IMG/VR virus record: IMGVR_UViG_3300047284_000016
Coordinates: 1 to 29,811 of that record
Source: a virus
Taxonomy: Duplodnaviria; Caudoviricetes
Strand: one strand, 5' to 3'
DNA length: 29,811 nucleotides
Part shown: positions 15,040-23,324 of the stretch, in pieces
How positions within the stretch are numbered: the stretch's first letter is position 1
How the letters are laid out: the number at the start of each line of letters is the position of its first letter
Program-made: the position numbers and the translations under genes
Notes under the pieces: generated by a model
What the model was told of the DNA's origin: nothing
The model's input: only the letters and a program-made list of their open reading frames with translations
Databases searched by the model: none

Positions 15040-18000
15040 ATGGAACCTATCCGACTATCCCGCGCGCCTTGGATTAAGCCACTAAGGAATGATGAGCTTG
15101 AGGATTTGCGGGTTAGCCCGGATGCGCAGTTAGCGCGTGACCAAGAACGCTTACGTGTTCTAGAAGATGAGCAAGTTTATTACGCAGCCACCGATACGCC
15201 CGGGCAACGTGCTGCTGGGCAAGTAGAAGTTAATCGCGCGCGAGAAGCTGTAGGCGCGCCTACAGGAACTTCAGGGCCTATCCGGTTAAATCGTGCGCCT
15301 TGGCTTAGTCCTAAGCGAAAAGGACTTGCTGATATTTACGCGGAAGAACCTGCCCCACCACCTGAACAAAAAGGTCCGGGGTTTGTACGCGGCGCTGGTG
15401 ATCTTGGTGTCAAAGTACTTGCTGGTATCCCGCAAGCTGGCGCTGCGATTACTGGTCTTGGCACACTCGTACCGGGGATGGATGAATACACCATTCCTGC
15501 TACTGAACTTTTAGGTAGTTTGTCTCAATCTATTGAGAACGCGTGGCTGTCTGAGCAGCAGCTTAAAAGACAGCGAGAAATGTCCGCTCGGCTCAAAGCT
15601 AGCGAAGATCAATCGTTGTTCGGACAGGTAAAAGAAGCTGCTGGGTACTTGTACGAAAACCCGTACCAGATTGTGCCCACTGCGGTTGGCTCTATTCCAT
15701 CAATGTTCGCCGGTGGCGCTGTTGGCCGTGGTATGCAGCTCGGCGCGCGGGGTGTTGGATTAACAATGAGCCCAGTAGCAGCGGCTGCGTTTGGCGAAGG
15801 TTCTGTGATCGCCGGTAGTGTCGCTGGTAACATAGCGCAGAAGTCCCCCAATTACATGGACAGGCTATACGCGCTGCCCGCTGGCGCTGCTGGTGCAGCG
15901 TTTGGTTACTTCGGTGGCCGCTTGATGGGCCGTAGCGACATTGACACTATGATCTCCGCTCGACTAGCGCGGGGAGAATCAGCAGATTTGCTTACCCCAG
16001 ACATCGGCACAGTAAGTCGCGTGTCGCGCGGTATCGTCGGCGAAGGTCTGCTGGAAGAAGCTCCACAGTCAGCTATCGAGCGCATGGCGGTTAACCTTGG
16101 CACCGGCCAAGACTTGATGACGGGTGTTGGTGGTGAAGCTGTTATAGGCGCTGCTTCTGGTGCAGCTATGGGCGGCGGGTTTGGCTTGCGCCGTCCGGGT
16201 GATACCTACACCATGCCAGAAGCAAAACAGGCGCTACAGATTATTAGCTCTCCCGACGCACCAGTTGAGTCGAAGATCGCCGCTGCTGACTTCATCCGCC
16301 GTATTGAGATCGGTGAACTCGGTGAACAACAAGCCACACAACGGTTTAACGAATATCTGAACTCGTTGTACGACCAGAAGTTCACCAATAAAGAAATAGA
16401 GAAAGACCTGCTGACTGGCGAGAACAAGGTACAACCTGCCCCGTTGCAGCAGGTAGAGACTGGTCAGCAAGTCGCCCCCGGCATTTATCAAACCGGCGCG
16501 GGCATATACACCATGGCCCCCCAAGACACCACTGCGCCGATGGGTAGAGAAATACCCCGTGGCCTTGGCGCTCCTGCTGGTCCTGCACAACGAGTAACTA
16601 CACAGCGTCCGGTTGAAGGTATCCCGGGCATGACTGTTGACGAATCTGGCGTTTATCGTATCGCTGAACCACAAGCTCCCGCTGGCGCTCCCCCGAGCGT
16701 TTCCCCGAGTGCGACACCCGCACCGGGGTCTTTTACACCCCCCGCGCCTACACCTGCAAAACGTGGACGCAAGCCGAAAGCCGCAGCGCCTGTCACACCG
16801 CCCACTGAAGTCAAGGTCACACGTGGCGATGAGATTAAGGCTGCGGCTGCTATTGCAAAAAGCACACCTATCCCAGACGATGTGTCCGCAGAGGTCGCCG
16901 ATATTCTTAGCAAATTAGAAGCTAAAGTTGCTAGCGAAAAAGGCAAAGCTGCTGGCACGATAACTTTGCCACAGGGCGTGTACAAAGGCATGGTGCAAAT
17001 GCTGCGCAGCCCGAAAGATAACCCATCAACAATCGTCTACGCGGATCAAGGCGCTCAAGCTGACCCACAACTAACCGCAAGATACACTGGCACTATGCGC
17101 CAGATGTACAACGCAGCGCAACGTGTGCTGTTTGCATCCCGCGATCTATCTTCTGCGCAAGACAACGCGCTTGCTACTGGCAAAGACGAACGTATTAACG
17201 CCAAGCCCGGAGCACCTACGGTAGCCGCAGCAGAAGCTGAAGCAGCGAAAATCACCCAAAACATTATTAAGCTACGGCAGCAACTACGCAACGCTATCGA
17301 TGAATTAGTAGGTGTTGCTGGTAGTGAGATGAACGCCGAAGCGCTGGTTGCAGTGCTAAAAGCCCGCGTACAAAGACGCGAGCAGAAGACGGTTGACGTT
17401 AAACGGTTTCGTGATGCGGCTGCTGCGCTGAAGAAAAACCCAGAGTCAAAAGTAGCGCAAAAAGAATACGACATCATTGTCGATTCGTTGATCTCCCGCG
17501 CATGGCGCTCGTACAAAGATGGTGAGTTGGATGTTGCAGAAGCAGTCGATGTGGTGTCGCCTGAAAAAACTAGGCCGTCATACGAAGCTACTGAAGGCGC
17601 AAAAGCGCAGCCTCCGCTTGTAGAAGCTGCAAAAGGGAAAGCGTCTAAGTCGTTCAAACCCGTTAGAGTAAAGCAGCCCAAAGAAACTGATGAAGAGTTT
17701 AAGGCGCGGCAAGACGAAGCGTTTGAGAAATATAAAGCCCGAGTCGAACAAGGTAAGGGATTGCAAGGTGTTCTTAATTACTTTAGAGCATACAACCGCC
17801 CTACCTACACCAACACAATCGCTACCGCGCTGGTCTACGCGCTGCGCCGCCGTTCGCGGCAGCCAAAGATCGAGTGGATTGCCGACGATGACAAGGTAAC
17901 TAACCCGTCCTACGATCCGCAGACAGACACCGTACGCATCCACAGAAACGCTTCCGCAGAAGAGACGCTGCACGAGTCGCTACACGCTGGTCTGCAATGG

Positions 18001-21000
18001 TTGGTCTACTCCAACCCGAAAGCGCCAGAAGTACAGCGCTTGATGGCATCGCTCGATAAGGTGATGAAGGTTGATCTGAATAAGACCAACCTCACCGAGT
18101 CGCAGAAAGCCAAAGCTGGTGAAGTCATCGGTGTACTCAGAGATATTTTGAGTCGCAAGGGTAAGGGCAAGGAAACCGCCAAGCTAGACGCGGTGCTGGA
18201 ACTGATCTCTTACGGCAACACGCTGGCAGACTTCAAGTCGCTGTTGAAGCAAATACCAAGCGCTCCGAACGCAGAAGCCCGCACATGGCGCAACGCTATT
18301 GAAGATGTATGGAACCGCATCGTATCTCTCGCGCAGAGCTTGCTGGGCGTACGTAACACAGTCGCTAACGATGTTCTCGAAGACACAATCGCCTTGCTTA
18401 ACAAGGCAGCGACTACCGATCAGCAGATGCCCGACAAGCTAGACGGGTCGATGCTCGACATTGCAACGACTGCGTTTAAGAAATGGTTCGGTGGTTCCAA
18501 GATTGTTAACGCAGCAGGTAAGCCAAGAGTCATGTACCACGGCACGGCTGCGGACATCTTCGAATTCAAAGCGCAGCAAGCTGGCGCTATCTTTGTCACT
18601 GATGATCCTGAGTTCGCACGTCGGTTTACCGGCTCGTCTGAGTCGTTTATGGCGCAGCGCCCAGCAGAGTTCTTGGACGCGCAAGGCATGGCGAATACCC
18701 GCAAGGTAGCGCTGGCTGCGTTGGAAAAAGAAGAAGGTCTGTCGTTCACACAGCGGTTAAAGTTCCGCCGCATGATTAACGACTTGAAGTCAGACGTATA
18801 CACAGCAGAGATCGACAACATCCGCGATTTCCCTGTCGAAACTCAAATGGCAATATTCAAGGCGGCTAAAGACAATCTGCCGTCTCGCGCCAACATCATC
18901 CCTGTGTACGTCCGTGCGGAGAACCCGTTCGACTACCAAAGCCCAGAGCATGTTCAGCGTGTTGTTGAGCGGGTAAAAGAAATCCGTGGCGATAAGCGCA
19001 TCGACGCTAACCTGCTGCAAGACCTGTCCGAAGGACTGTGGGACCGCATTGAGCTGGATGATGTGCAGAGCGCCATCAAGTCGCTCGGGTTTGACTCGTT
19101 CTACGTTAAAGAAGGCGGTCGCAAGAATCTGGGAGTCTATCAGCCGAACCAGCTCAAGTCGCAGTTCAACAAGGGTACGTTCTCAACTGATAGCGGCAAC
19201 ATCCTCGAAGCTGCTGTGTCTAGCAACAAGGGCACTGAGAAAGCTGCTGGCATCACAGCCTCAGATTATCGTGGTTACACAACCCGCATCGCCCCTGCTG
19301 CGCTCAGCACTCGGTTCGCGTTTGACGCAATTGGCTGGGATAAGAACGTCGCTGAGCGTATTTCCAAAGGCACATCGAAACTTGCAGACATGATCCGCAA
19401 GGACTTCCCTGCGGCTGAGCGTTTCCTGATCTACATTAACTCGACGTTCAGTGCTGGGGAGTACACCAAGCAGCAGATCGAGGACTTCAAAGTTAACAAG
19501 AGCGTGGGCTATCAGCAACTGGACCGCCTCGCAAACTTTGTAGCAAATCGCCCAGCGCATGAAGTGATGGCGCTAATGAACTACATGGACGGCGACAAGA
19601 AAGCTCTGGCTACCTTGCCTGACCAAGAAATCCTAAAGCGCACAGCAGACAATGTGCTGGCGTGGTTCAATGCGTATGTAAGCGAGCTGCCAGCTTCGGA
19701 GCGTAGTTTCTTCCGTGGCAATAAGTTTTCCGAGTCTCTCCTGTACGCGACCCGCAGCGAACAGATCGCACGTAGCACTCTCGGCGCACAGAAGCTCGCA
19801 AGCGTTATGGGTCTGAAGCATCGTACGGAGAAAACCCTCGAAGGCTTCCAAGACTGGATGGCTAAGAACGACGAAGGCGATCCTATTCTCGATGGGCGTT
19901 TTTACCAAGTCTTCAAGAAAGATGGTCTGAAGCCCGGAGCTGGCCCTGAGCCTTCTGGCTTTATGTCGGTAAGTGAGTTTGAGAAACGTGGTCGGCAGTC
20001 ACCTGTGGGCTACCAAGTCGATGCTACTCGTCAGTGGTGGGTTTCTGACTACAATGATAAAAGCGGCTACCGCTTCTCGGCGAGTATGACCGCCAAGCAA
20101 GCCGTTGAAGAGAAAAAGGCTGACCAACTTGCTAACGCCATGCGCAACACCATGTCTGCTCTTGCTGTTAACTACGCCAGCAAGAAGCTGTTCGAGAACA
20201 TGGCAGTATATGGTTACGAAGAAGGCAAGCCGACTGCGACTTCTCTAGCGTTCAACGACATCGACGAGATTAAAGACGCAACTGGTCGCACGGTGCGGGA
20301 AGATCAGATTCTGCGTGTGTCTGAGGGCATGGCTAAATCGCCAGAGATTATCGGTCTGTACCGCCGCACGGGTACATGGGTGCAACTGCCTGACACGCCA
20401 ACTTACGGCGACCTCGGCGGCAAGATCATTCCGGGTCCGGTGTGGAGCGCGTTGCTGGACATGTCTGACCGTCAGCCGTTGATTCACAATCGTGTGTTCA
20501 ACAACACGATGCGTTGGTTCAAGAAGTCCAAGACGGTCTACAACCCCGGCACCCACATCACCAACATCGCGTCTAACGTCACGCTGGCAATGATGCACGA
20601 CATCCCAGTCATGACAATTGGCAAAGCTGCGCGCTTGTTCTCGCTGTATGAAGTGTCACCCAATAAATTAAGCAAAGCTGAACTTGACCTGATGTCGGCG
20701 TTCATGAACTCAGGCGCTATGCTTGGCGACTACTCTAGCGTTGAAGTTAAGCAAGCCCTGTACGAAGCATGGGGTCAGAACATGGGCGTTGATGGCGAGT
20801 CATCGTTGATGAAGCGTTTGTCTGCGTTTGCTGGCTACGAGAAGTCGAAGGCACAGAAGTTAGTTCAGCTAGCAGCTGGTAAAGCTAAAAAGCTAGATGA
20901 CATCGCTACCGAGACATACGCTGCCGAAGATAACGTGTTTCGTCTAGCTGCGTTCTTGACCAAAGCTGGTGATCTCCAGAACCTAGAGGGCACCGCCACT

Positions 21001-21936
21001 GCAACTCCTGAGCAACTAAAGGCCGCAGGTACGTTTGCCCGCAAGGCGTTCCTTGACTACGACATCGACTCAAAGGCGGTCAAAGTTCTACGTCAGTCGG
21101 TCTTGCCGTTCATATCGTGGACCTACGCGGTCACACCGGTTCTGGCTCGCATGGCGCTGCACCAACCATGGAAAATCGCCAACGTCATAGCTGCGTACTA
21201 CCTGATCGAAGTCGCGCTGGCTGCTATGGCTGGGGATGATGACGATGAGCTACGTAAAGCTGGTCCTGAGTACATGCGCGAGCGGATGTTCTTCGGCATG
21301 GGTCCACACATGTTTATCCGGTTGCCGTTCGGCGACGCGCAGAATCCTGTGTACTACAAGCTGGGCGACTATGTGCCGTTCGCGTCGATGACCAAAGGTT
21401 TGCCGAATGGTCTGATGGGTCAGTCGTGGGTTCCCGCAGCTGTTACTCCGGGCGGTCCGTATCTGACCGCAGCCGCTGGCTTGCTGTTTGGTGTTGACCC
21501 ATACACCGGCAAAGCGATTCACAAGCCGACCGACTCAGAGTGGGACAAACTACTGAACTCAGCCAAGTTTACCTACGATTTGGCTATGCCTCCCGCAGTG
21601 TCGAGCCGTAACATAGACAAAGCCCTCGACATTAAAGACGAGAAAGCTGGTGTCACAGGGGCTATGCCCAGCAACCTAGTTTTTGCTCGGATGCTTGGGT
21701 TTAAGGCGTATGATTACGATGTCGATGAGTCCATGATTGTGCAGGACAAGGTAGTCAAGGGCATCGAGAAGGACTTCAAAGCCGCTATGCGCAAGGCTAA
21801 GAGGGAAGAGTACAGCAAAGGCTACCCAGACTACGACGCACTCGACGAGGAATTGGAAGTACTCAGAGAACGTATGGAACGCCGGATTGCAAAGGTTCGC
21901 GGTGAAGAGCTTGAAGATGAACTTGACGAGGAATAA
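15040..21936 (+). CDS. Giant (2298 aa) polyvalent / internal virion protein
   Basis: It has a Gly/Ala-rich N-terminal region, an HESLH zincin motif (17971-17985) and an ART-PolyVal-like domain (18475-19206). The C-terminal region is LPD38-like (FLDYD...VLPFISW...IRLPFG...GVDPYTGKAI). Confidence 0.8.
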   Translation: MEPIRLSRAPWIKPLRNDELEDLRVSPDAQLARDQERLRVLEDEQVYYAATDTPGQRAAGQVEVNRAREAVGAPTGTSGPIRLNRAPWLSPKRKGLADIYAEEPAPPPEQKGPGFVRGAGDLGVKVLAGIPQAGAAITGLGTLVPGMDEYTIPATELLGSLSQSIENAWLSEQQLKRQREMSARLKASEDQSLFGQVKEAAGYLYENPYQIVPTAVGSIPSMFAGGAVGRGMQLGARGVGLTMSPVAAAAFGEGSVIAGSVAGNIAQKSPNYMDRLYALPAGAAGAAFGYFGGRLMGRSDIDTMISARLARGESADLLTPDIGTVSRVSRGIVGEGLLEEAPQSAIERMAVNLGTGQDLMTGVGGEAVIGAASGAAMGGGFGLRRPGDTYTMPEAKQALQIISSPDAPVESKIAAADFIRRIEIGELGEQQATQRFNEYLNSLYDQKFTNKEIEKDLLTGENKVQPAPLQQVETGQQVAPGIYQTGAGIYTMAPQDTTAPMGREIPRGLGAPAGPAQRVTTQRPVEGIPGMTVDESGVYRIAEPQAPAGAPPSVSPSATPAPGSFTPPAPTPAKRGRKPKAAAPVTPPTEVKVTRGDEIKAAAAIAKSTPIPDDVSAEVADILSKLEAKVASEKGKAAGTITLPQGVYKGMVQMLRSPKDNPSTIVYADQGAQADPQLTARYTGTMRQMYNAAQRVLFASRDLSSAQDNALATGKDERINAKPGAPTVAAAEAEAAKITQNIIKLRQQLRNAIDELVGVAGSEMNAEALVAVLKARVQRREQKTVDVKRFRDAAAALKKNPESKVAQKEYDIIVDSLISRAWRSYKDGELDVAEAVDVVSPEKTRPSYEATEGAKAQPPLVEAAKGKASKSFKPVRVKQPKETDEEFKARQDEAFEKYKARVEQGKGLQGVLNYFRAYNRPTYTNTIATALVYALRRRSRQPKIEWIADDDKVTNPSYDPQTDTVRIHRNASAEETLHESLHAGLQWLVYSNPKAPEVQRLMASLDKVMKVDLNKTNLTESQKAKAGEVIGVLRDILSRKGKGKETAKLDAVLELISYGNTLADFKSLLKQIPSAPNAEARTWRNAIEDVWNRIVSLAQSLLGVRNTVANDVLEDTIALLNKAATTDQQMPDKLDGSMLDIATTAFKKWFGGSKIVNAAGKPRVMYHGTAADIFEFKAQQAGAIFVTDDPEFARRFTGSSESFMAQRPAEFLDAQGMANTRKVALAALEKEEGLSFTQRLKFRRMINDLKSDVYTAEIDNIRDFPVETQMAIFKAAKDNLPSRANIIPVYVRAENPFDYQSPEHVQRVVERVKEIRGDKRIDANLLQDLSEGLWDRIELDDVQSAIKSLGFDSFYVKEGGRKNLGVYQPNQLKSQFNKGTFSTDSGNILEAAVSSNKGTEKAAGITASDYRGYTTRIAPAALSTRFAFDAIGWDKNVAERISKGTSKLADMIRKDFPAAERFLIYINSTFSAGEYTKQQIEDFKVNKSVGYQQLDRLANFVANRPAHEVMALMNYMDGDKKALATLPDQEILKRTADNVLAWFNAYVSELPASERSFFRGNKFSESLLYATRSEQIARSTLGAQKLASVMGLKHRTEKTLEGFQDWMAKNDEGDPILDGRFYQVFKKDGLKPGAGPEPSGFMSVSEFEKRGRQSPVGYQVDATRQWWVSDYNDKSGYRFSASMTAKQAVEEKKADQLANAMRNTMSALAVNYASKKLFENMAVYGYEEGKPTATSLAFNDIDEIKDATGRTVREDQILRVSEGMAKSPEIIGLYRRTGTWVQLPDTPTYGDLGGKIIPGPVWSALLDMSDRQPLIHNRVFNNTMRWFKKSKTVYNPGTHITNIASNVTLAMMHDIPVMTIGKAARLFSLYEVSPNKLSKAELDLMSAFMNSGAMLGDYSSVEVKQALYEAWGQNMGVDGESSLMKRLSAFAGYEKSKAQKLVQLAAGKAKKLDDIATETYAAEDNVFRLAAFLTKAGDLQNLEGTATATPEQLKAAGTFARKAFLDYDIDSKAVKVLRQSVLPFISWTYAVTPVLARMALHQPWKIANVIAAYYLIEVALAAMAGDDDDELRKAGPEYMRERMFFGMGPHMFIRLPFGDAQNPVYYKLGDYVPFASMTKGLPNGLMGQSWVPAAVTPGGPYLTAAAGLLFGVDPYTGKAIHKPTDSEWDKLLNSAKFTYDLAMPPAVSSRNIDKALDIKDEKAGVTGAMPSNLVFARMLGFKAYDYDVDESMIVQDKVVKGIEKDFKAAMRKAKREEYSKGYPDYDALDEELEVLRERMERRIAKVRGEELEDELDEE

Positions 21937-21938
21937 CT

Positions 21939-22193
21939 ATGGCTAAGACACCAGCATGGCAGCGCAAGGAAGGACAGAACCCGAAGGGCGGTCTGAACGC
22001 TAAGGGTCGTGCCTCGTACAACGCAGCTAATCCCGGCAAGCCGGGGCTAAAGGCACCGCAGCCTGAAGGCGGTCCTCGTCGTGATTCTTTTTGCGCCCGG
22101 ATGAAAGGGATGAAGAAGAAGCTCACCTCGGCCAAAACGGCCAACGACCCGAACAGCCGTATCAATAAATCTTTGCGCGCATGGAAATGCTGA
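21939..22193 (+). CDS. Small basic protein, DUF6321-like
   Basis: AWQRKEGQNPKGGLNAKGRASYN...RRDSFCARMKGMK...DPNSRINKSLRAWKC, with GAGGA as RBS. The family name is from recall. Confidence 0.8.
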   Translation: MAKTPAWQRKEGQNPKGGLNAKGRASYNAANPGKPGLKAPQPEGGPRRDSFCARMKGMKKKLTSAKTANDPNSRINKSLRAWKC

Positions 22194-22194
22194 C

Positions 22195-22374
22195 ATGAAG
22201 ACTAAATCTAAGGTCAATCACGCAGGGGTTTACACAAAGCCCGGGATGCGTAAGAATTTGTTTGAGAAGATAAAGGCTGGCGGCAAAGGCGGCGACCCCG
22301 GAGAATGGTCAGCGAGGAAGGCACAGATGCTGGCTAGGGAATACAAAGCCAAAGGCGGGGGGTATAAGTCGTGA
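22195..22374 (+). CDS. Small basic protein (59 aa), N-terminal half of DUF5872-like
   Basis: Manual translation gives MKTKSKVNHAGVYTKPGMRKNLFEKIKAGGKGGDPGEWSARKAQMLAREYKAKGGGYKS*. It is absent from the ORF track. Confidence 0.85.
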   Translation: MKTKSKVNHAGVYTKPGMRKNLFEKIKAGGKGGDPGEWSARKAQMLAREYKAKGGGYKS

Positions 22375-22601
22375 AAGACCCGCAAAAGTCGCTCAAGGAA
22401 TGGACCGCACAGAAATGGCGTACTTCAGACGGTAGCCCGTCCAAAGGCAAAAAGCGTTATCTACCTGACGCTGCATGGAAATCATTAAGCCCTTCTGAGA
22501 AAGCTGCGACTAACCGCGCGAAGTCTCAAGGTAACGCGAAGGGTAAACAGTTTGTGGCGCAGCCAAAGCGGATCGCCGCAAAAACCGCGAAGTACCGTTA
22601 A
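22371..22601 (+). CDS. Small basic protein (76 aa), C-terminal half of DUF5872-like
   Basis: QKSLKEWTAQKWRT...KRYLPDAAWKSLSPSEKAATNRAK...GKQFVAQP. It has a GTGA overlap with the upstream ORF. Confidence 0.85.
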   Translation: MKDPQKSLKEWTAQKWRTSDGSPSKGKKRYLPDAAWKSLSPSEKAATNRAKSQGNAKGKQFVAQPKRIAAKTAKYR

Positions 22602-22615
22602 CCAAGGAGGATATT

Positions 22616-22750
22616 ATGTACGGTAAAGCAATGGCCCCAACTAAGTCTTCATCCAAGAAACCCGCAGCTTTTAAGCCTTGCAAGGGTTGCCCCAATCCAA
22701 CTAAGTGCGCCAAGATGGGCATGTGCATGATGAAAGGGGCTAAGAAATGA
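22616..22750 (+). CDS. 44-aa Lys/Met-rich, 4-Cys microprotein
   Basis: AAGGAGG RBS at 22604-22610. It translates as MYGKAMAPTKSSSKKPAAFKPCKGCPNPTKCAKMGMCMMKGAKK* and is absent from the ORF track. Confidence 0.8.
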   Translation: MYGKAMAPTKSSSKKPAAFKPCKGCPNPTKCAKMGMCMMKGAKK

Positions 22751-22905
22751 AGAAGTCCAAGCCAGCTACTAAAAGCAAAATGATCTCGGAGTATGGTGGC
22801 AAGGAGAAGTATGCTTCCAAGACCGCCATGATGAAGCACGAGAAGAAAGAGTCCAAGGCTATGGAAGCCAAGGAAAAAATGATGATGAAGAAAGGTAAGA
22901 AGTAA
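22747..22905 (+). CDS. 52-aa Lys/Met/Glu-rich microprotein
   Basis: ATGA-coupled to the upstream ORF. It translates as MKKSKPATKSKMISEYGGKEKYASKTAMMKHEKKESKAMEAKEKMMMKKGKK* and is absent from the ORF track. Confidence 0.8.
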   Translation: MKKSKPATKSKMISEYGGKEKYASKTAMMKHEKKESKAMEAKEKMMMKKGKK

Positions 22906-23063
22906 TGCCGTTCACATCAGAAAAGCAAGCCCGCACTATGCGGGCTGCTGCACACGATCCAGCTTTCGCCAAGAAGATGAAGATTTCACAAGCTGCTGCC
23001 AAGAAGATGGTTGCCCATTCGAAAGGCAAAGCTGTGAAATCTTCGGCTAAGCCGAAGAAGTAA
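22905..23063 (+). CDS. 52-aa Lys/Ala-rich microprotein
   Basis: TAATG-coupled to the upstream ORF. It translates as MPFTSEKQARTMRAAAHDPAFAKKMKISQAAAKKMVAHSKGKAVKSSAKPKK* and is absent from the ORF track. Confidence 0.8.
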   Translation: MPFTSEKQARTMRAAAHDPAFAKKMKISQAAAKKMVAHSKGKAVKSSAKPKK

Positions 23064-23079
23064 TTACTTCATTCCGGCT
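23040..23079. repeat. Overlapping inverted repeats at the convergence of the two transcription arms
   Basis: TCTTCGGCT-A-AGCCGAAGA (23040-23058) overlaps the perfect palindrome GAAGTAATTACTTC (23057-23070). The latter extends imperfectly through AGCCG (23050-54) and CGGCT (23075-79). Confidence 0.7.
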
Positions 23080-23315
23080 CGTTTGTTTCTTGGGAATGAG
23101 CGATTGGCGGAGGCGGGTACTGCACGTAGGTTCCCGTTTCCGTTACCTCCACCTTTGACGATGGGGCGCTTGTGGTCAACGTCTTTGCCGTCTCCCTTTG
23201 ACACCACGCCCTTACGTTCCATCTCGCGACGCGCTGCGTTGCGCTTCGCCCGATTCTTCTTCTGTTCCTCAGTACCCTGATAATTCTGGTACTCAGTCTT
23301 ATAGTTCCGTGCCAT
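23064..23315 (-). CDS. Small HNH-family endonuclease-like protein
   Basis: DGKDVDHKRPIVKGG.N...NLR......NRS is a beta-beta-alpha-Me motif (H-N-N variant). AGGAG lies upstream on the - strand as RBS. Confidence 0.85.
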   Translation of the reverse strand: MARNYKTEYQNYQGTEEQKKNRAKRNAARREMERKGVVSKGDGKDVDHKRPIVKGGGNGNGNLRAVPASANRSFPRNKRAGMK

Positions 23316-23324
23316 GTCGATCTC

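Noticed and set aside
17055-17681. 208-aa minus-strand ORF, and the other antisense ORFs inside the giant gene
   Set aside because: These are antisense shadows of a codon-biased long gene. They have no RBS or motifs and a Ser/Ala-rich mirror composition.
22351-22374. Programmed -1 frameshift at GGCGGGGGG fusing the DUF5872-like halves
   Set aside because: The -1 frame has TAA at 22365-22367, before the second ORF begins.
22510-22839. 109-aa hydrophobic minus-strand ORF
   Set aside because: It is the mirror of the Lys-rich plus-strand microproteins (AAG reads as CTT). The plus-strand ORFs have an RBS and coupled junctions.
23064-23315. HNH as a mobile homing endonuclease or intron marker
   Set aside because: It is very short, has no extra DNA-binding domain and interrupts no gene. 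It looks like a resident small phage HNH.
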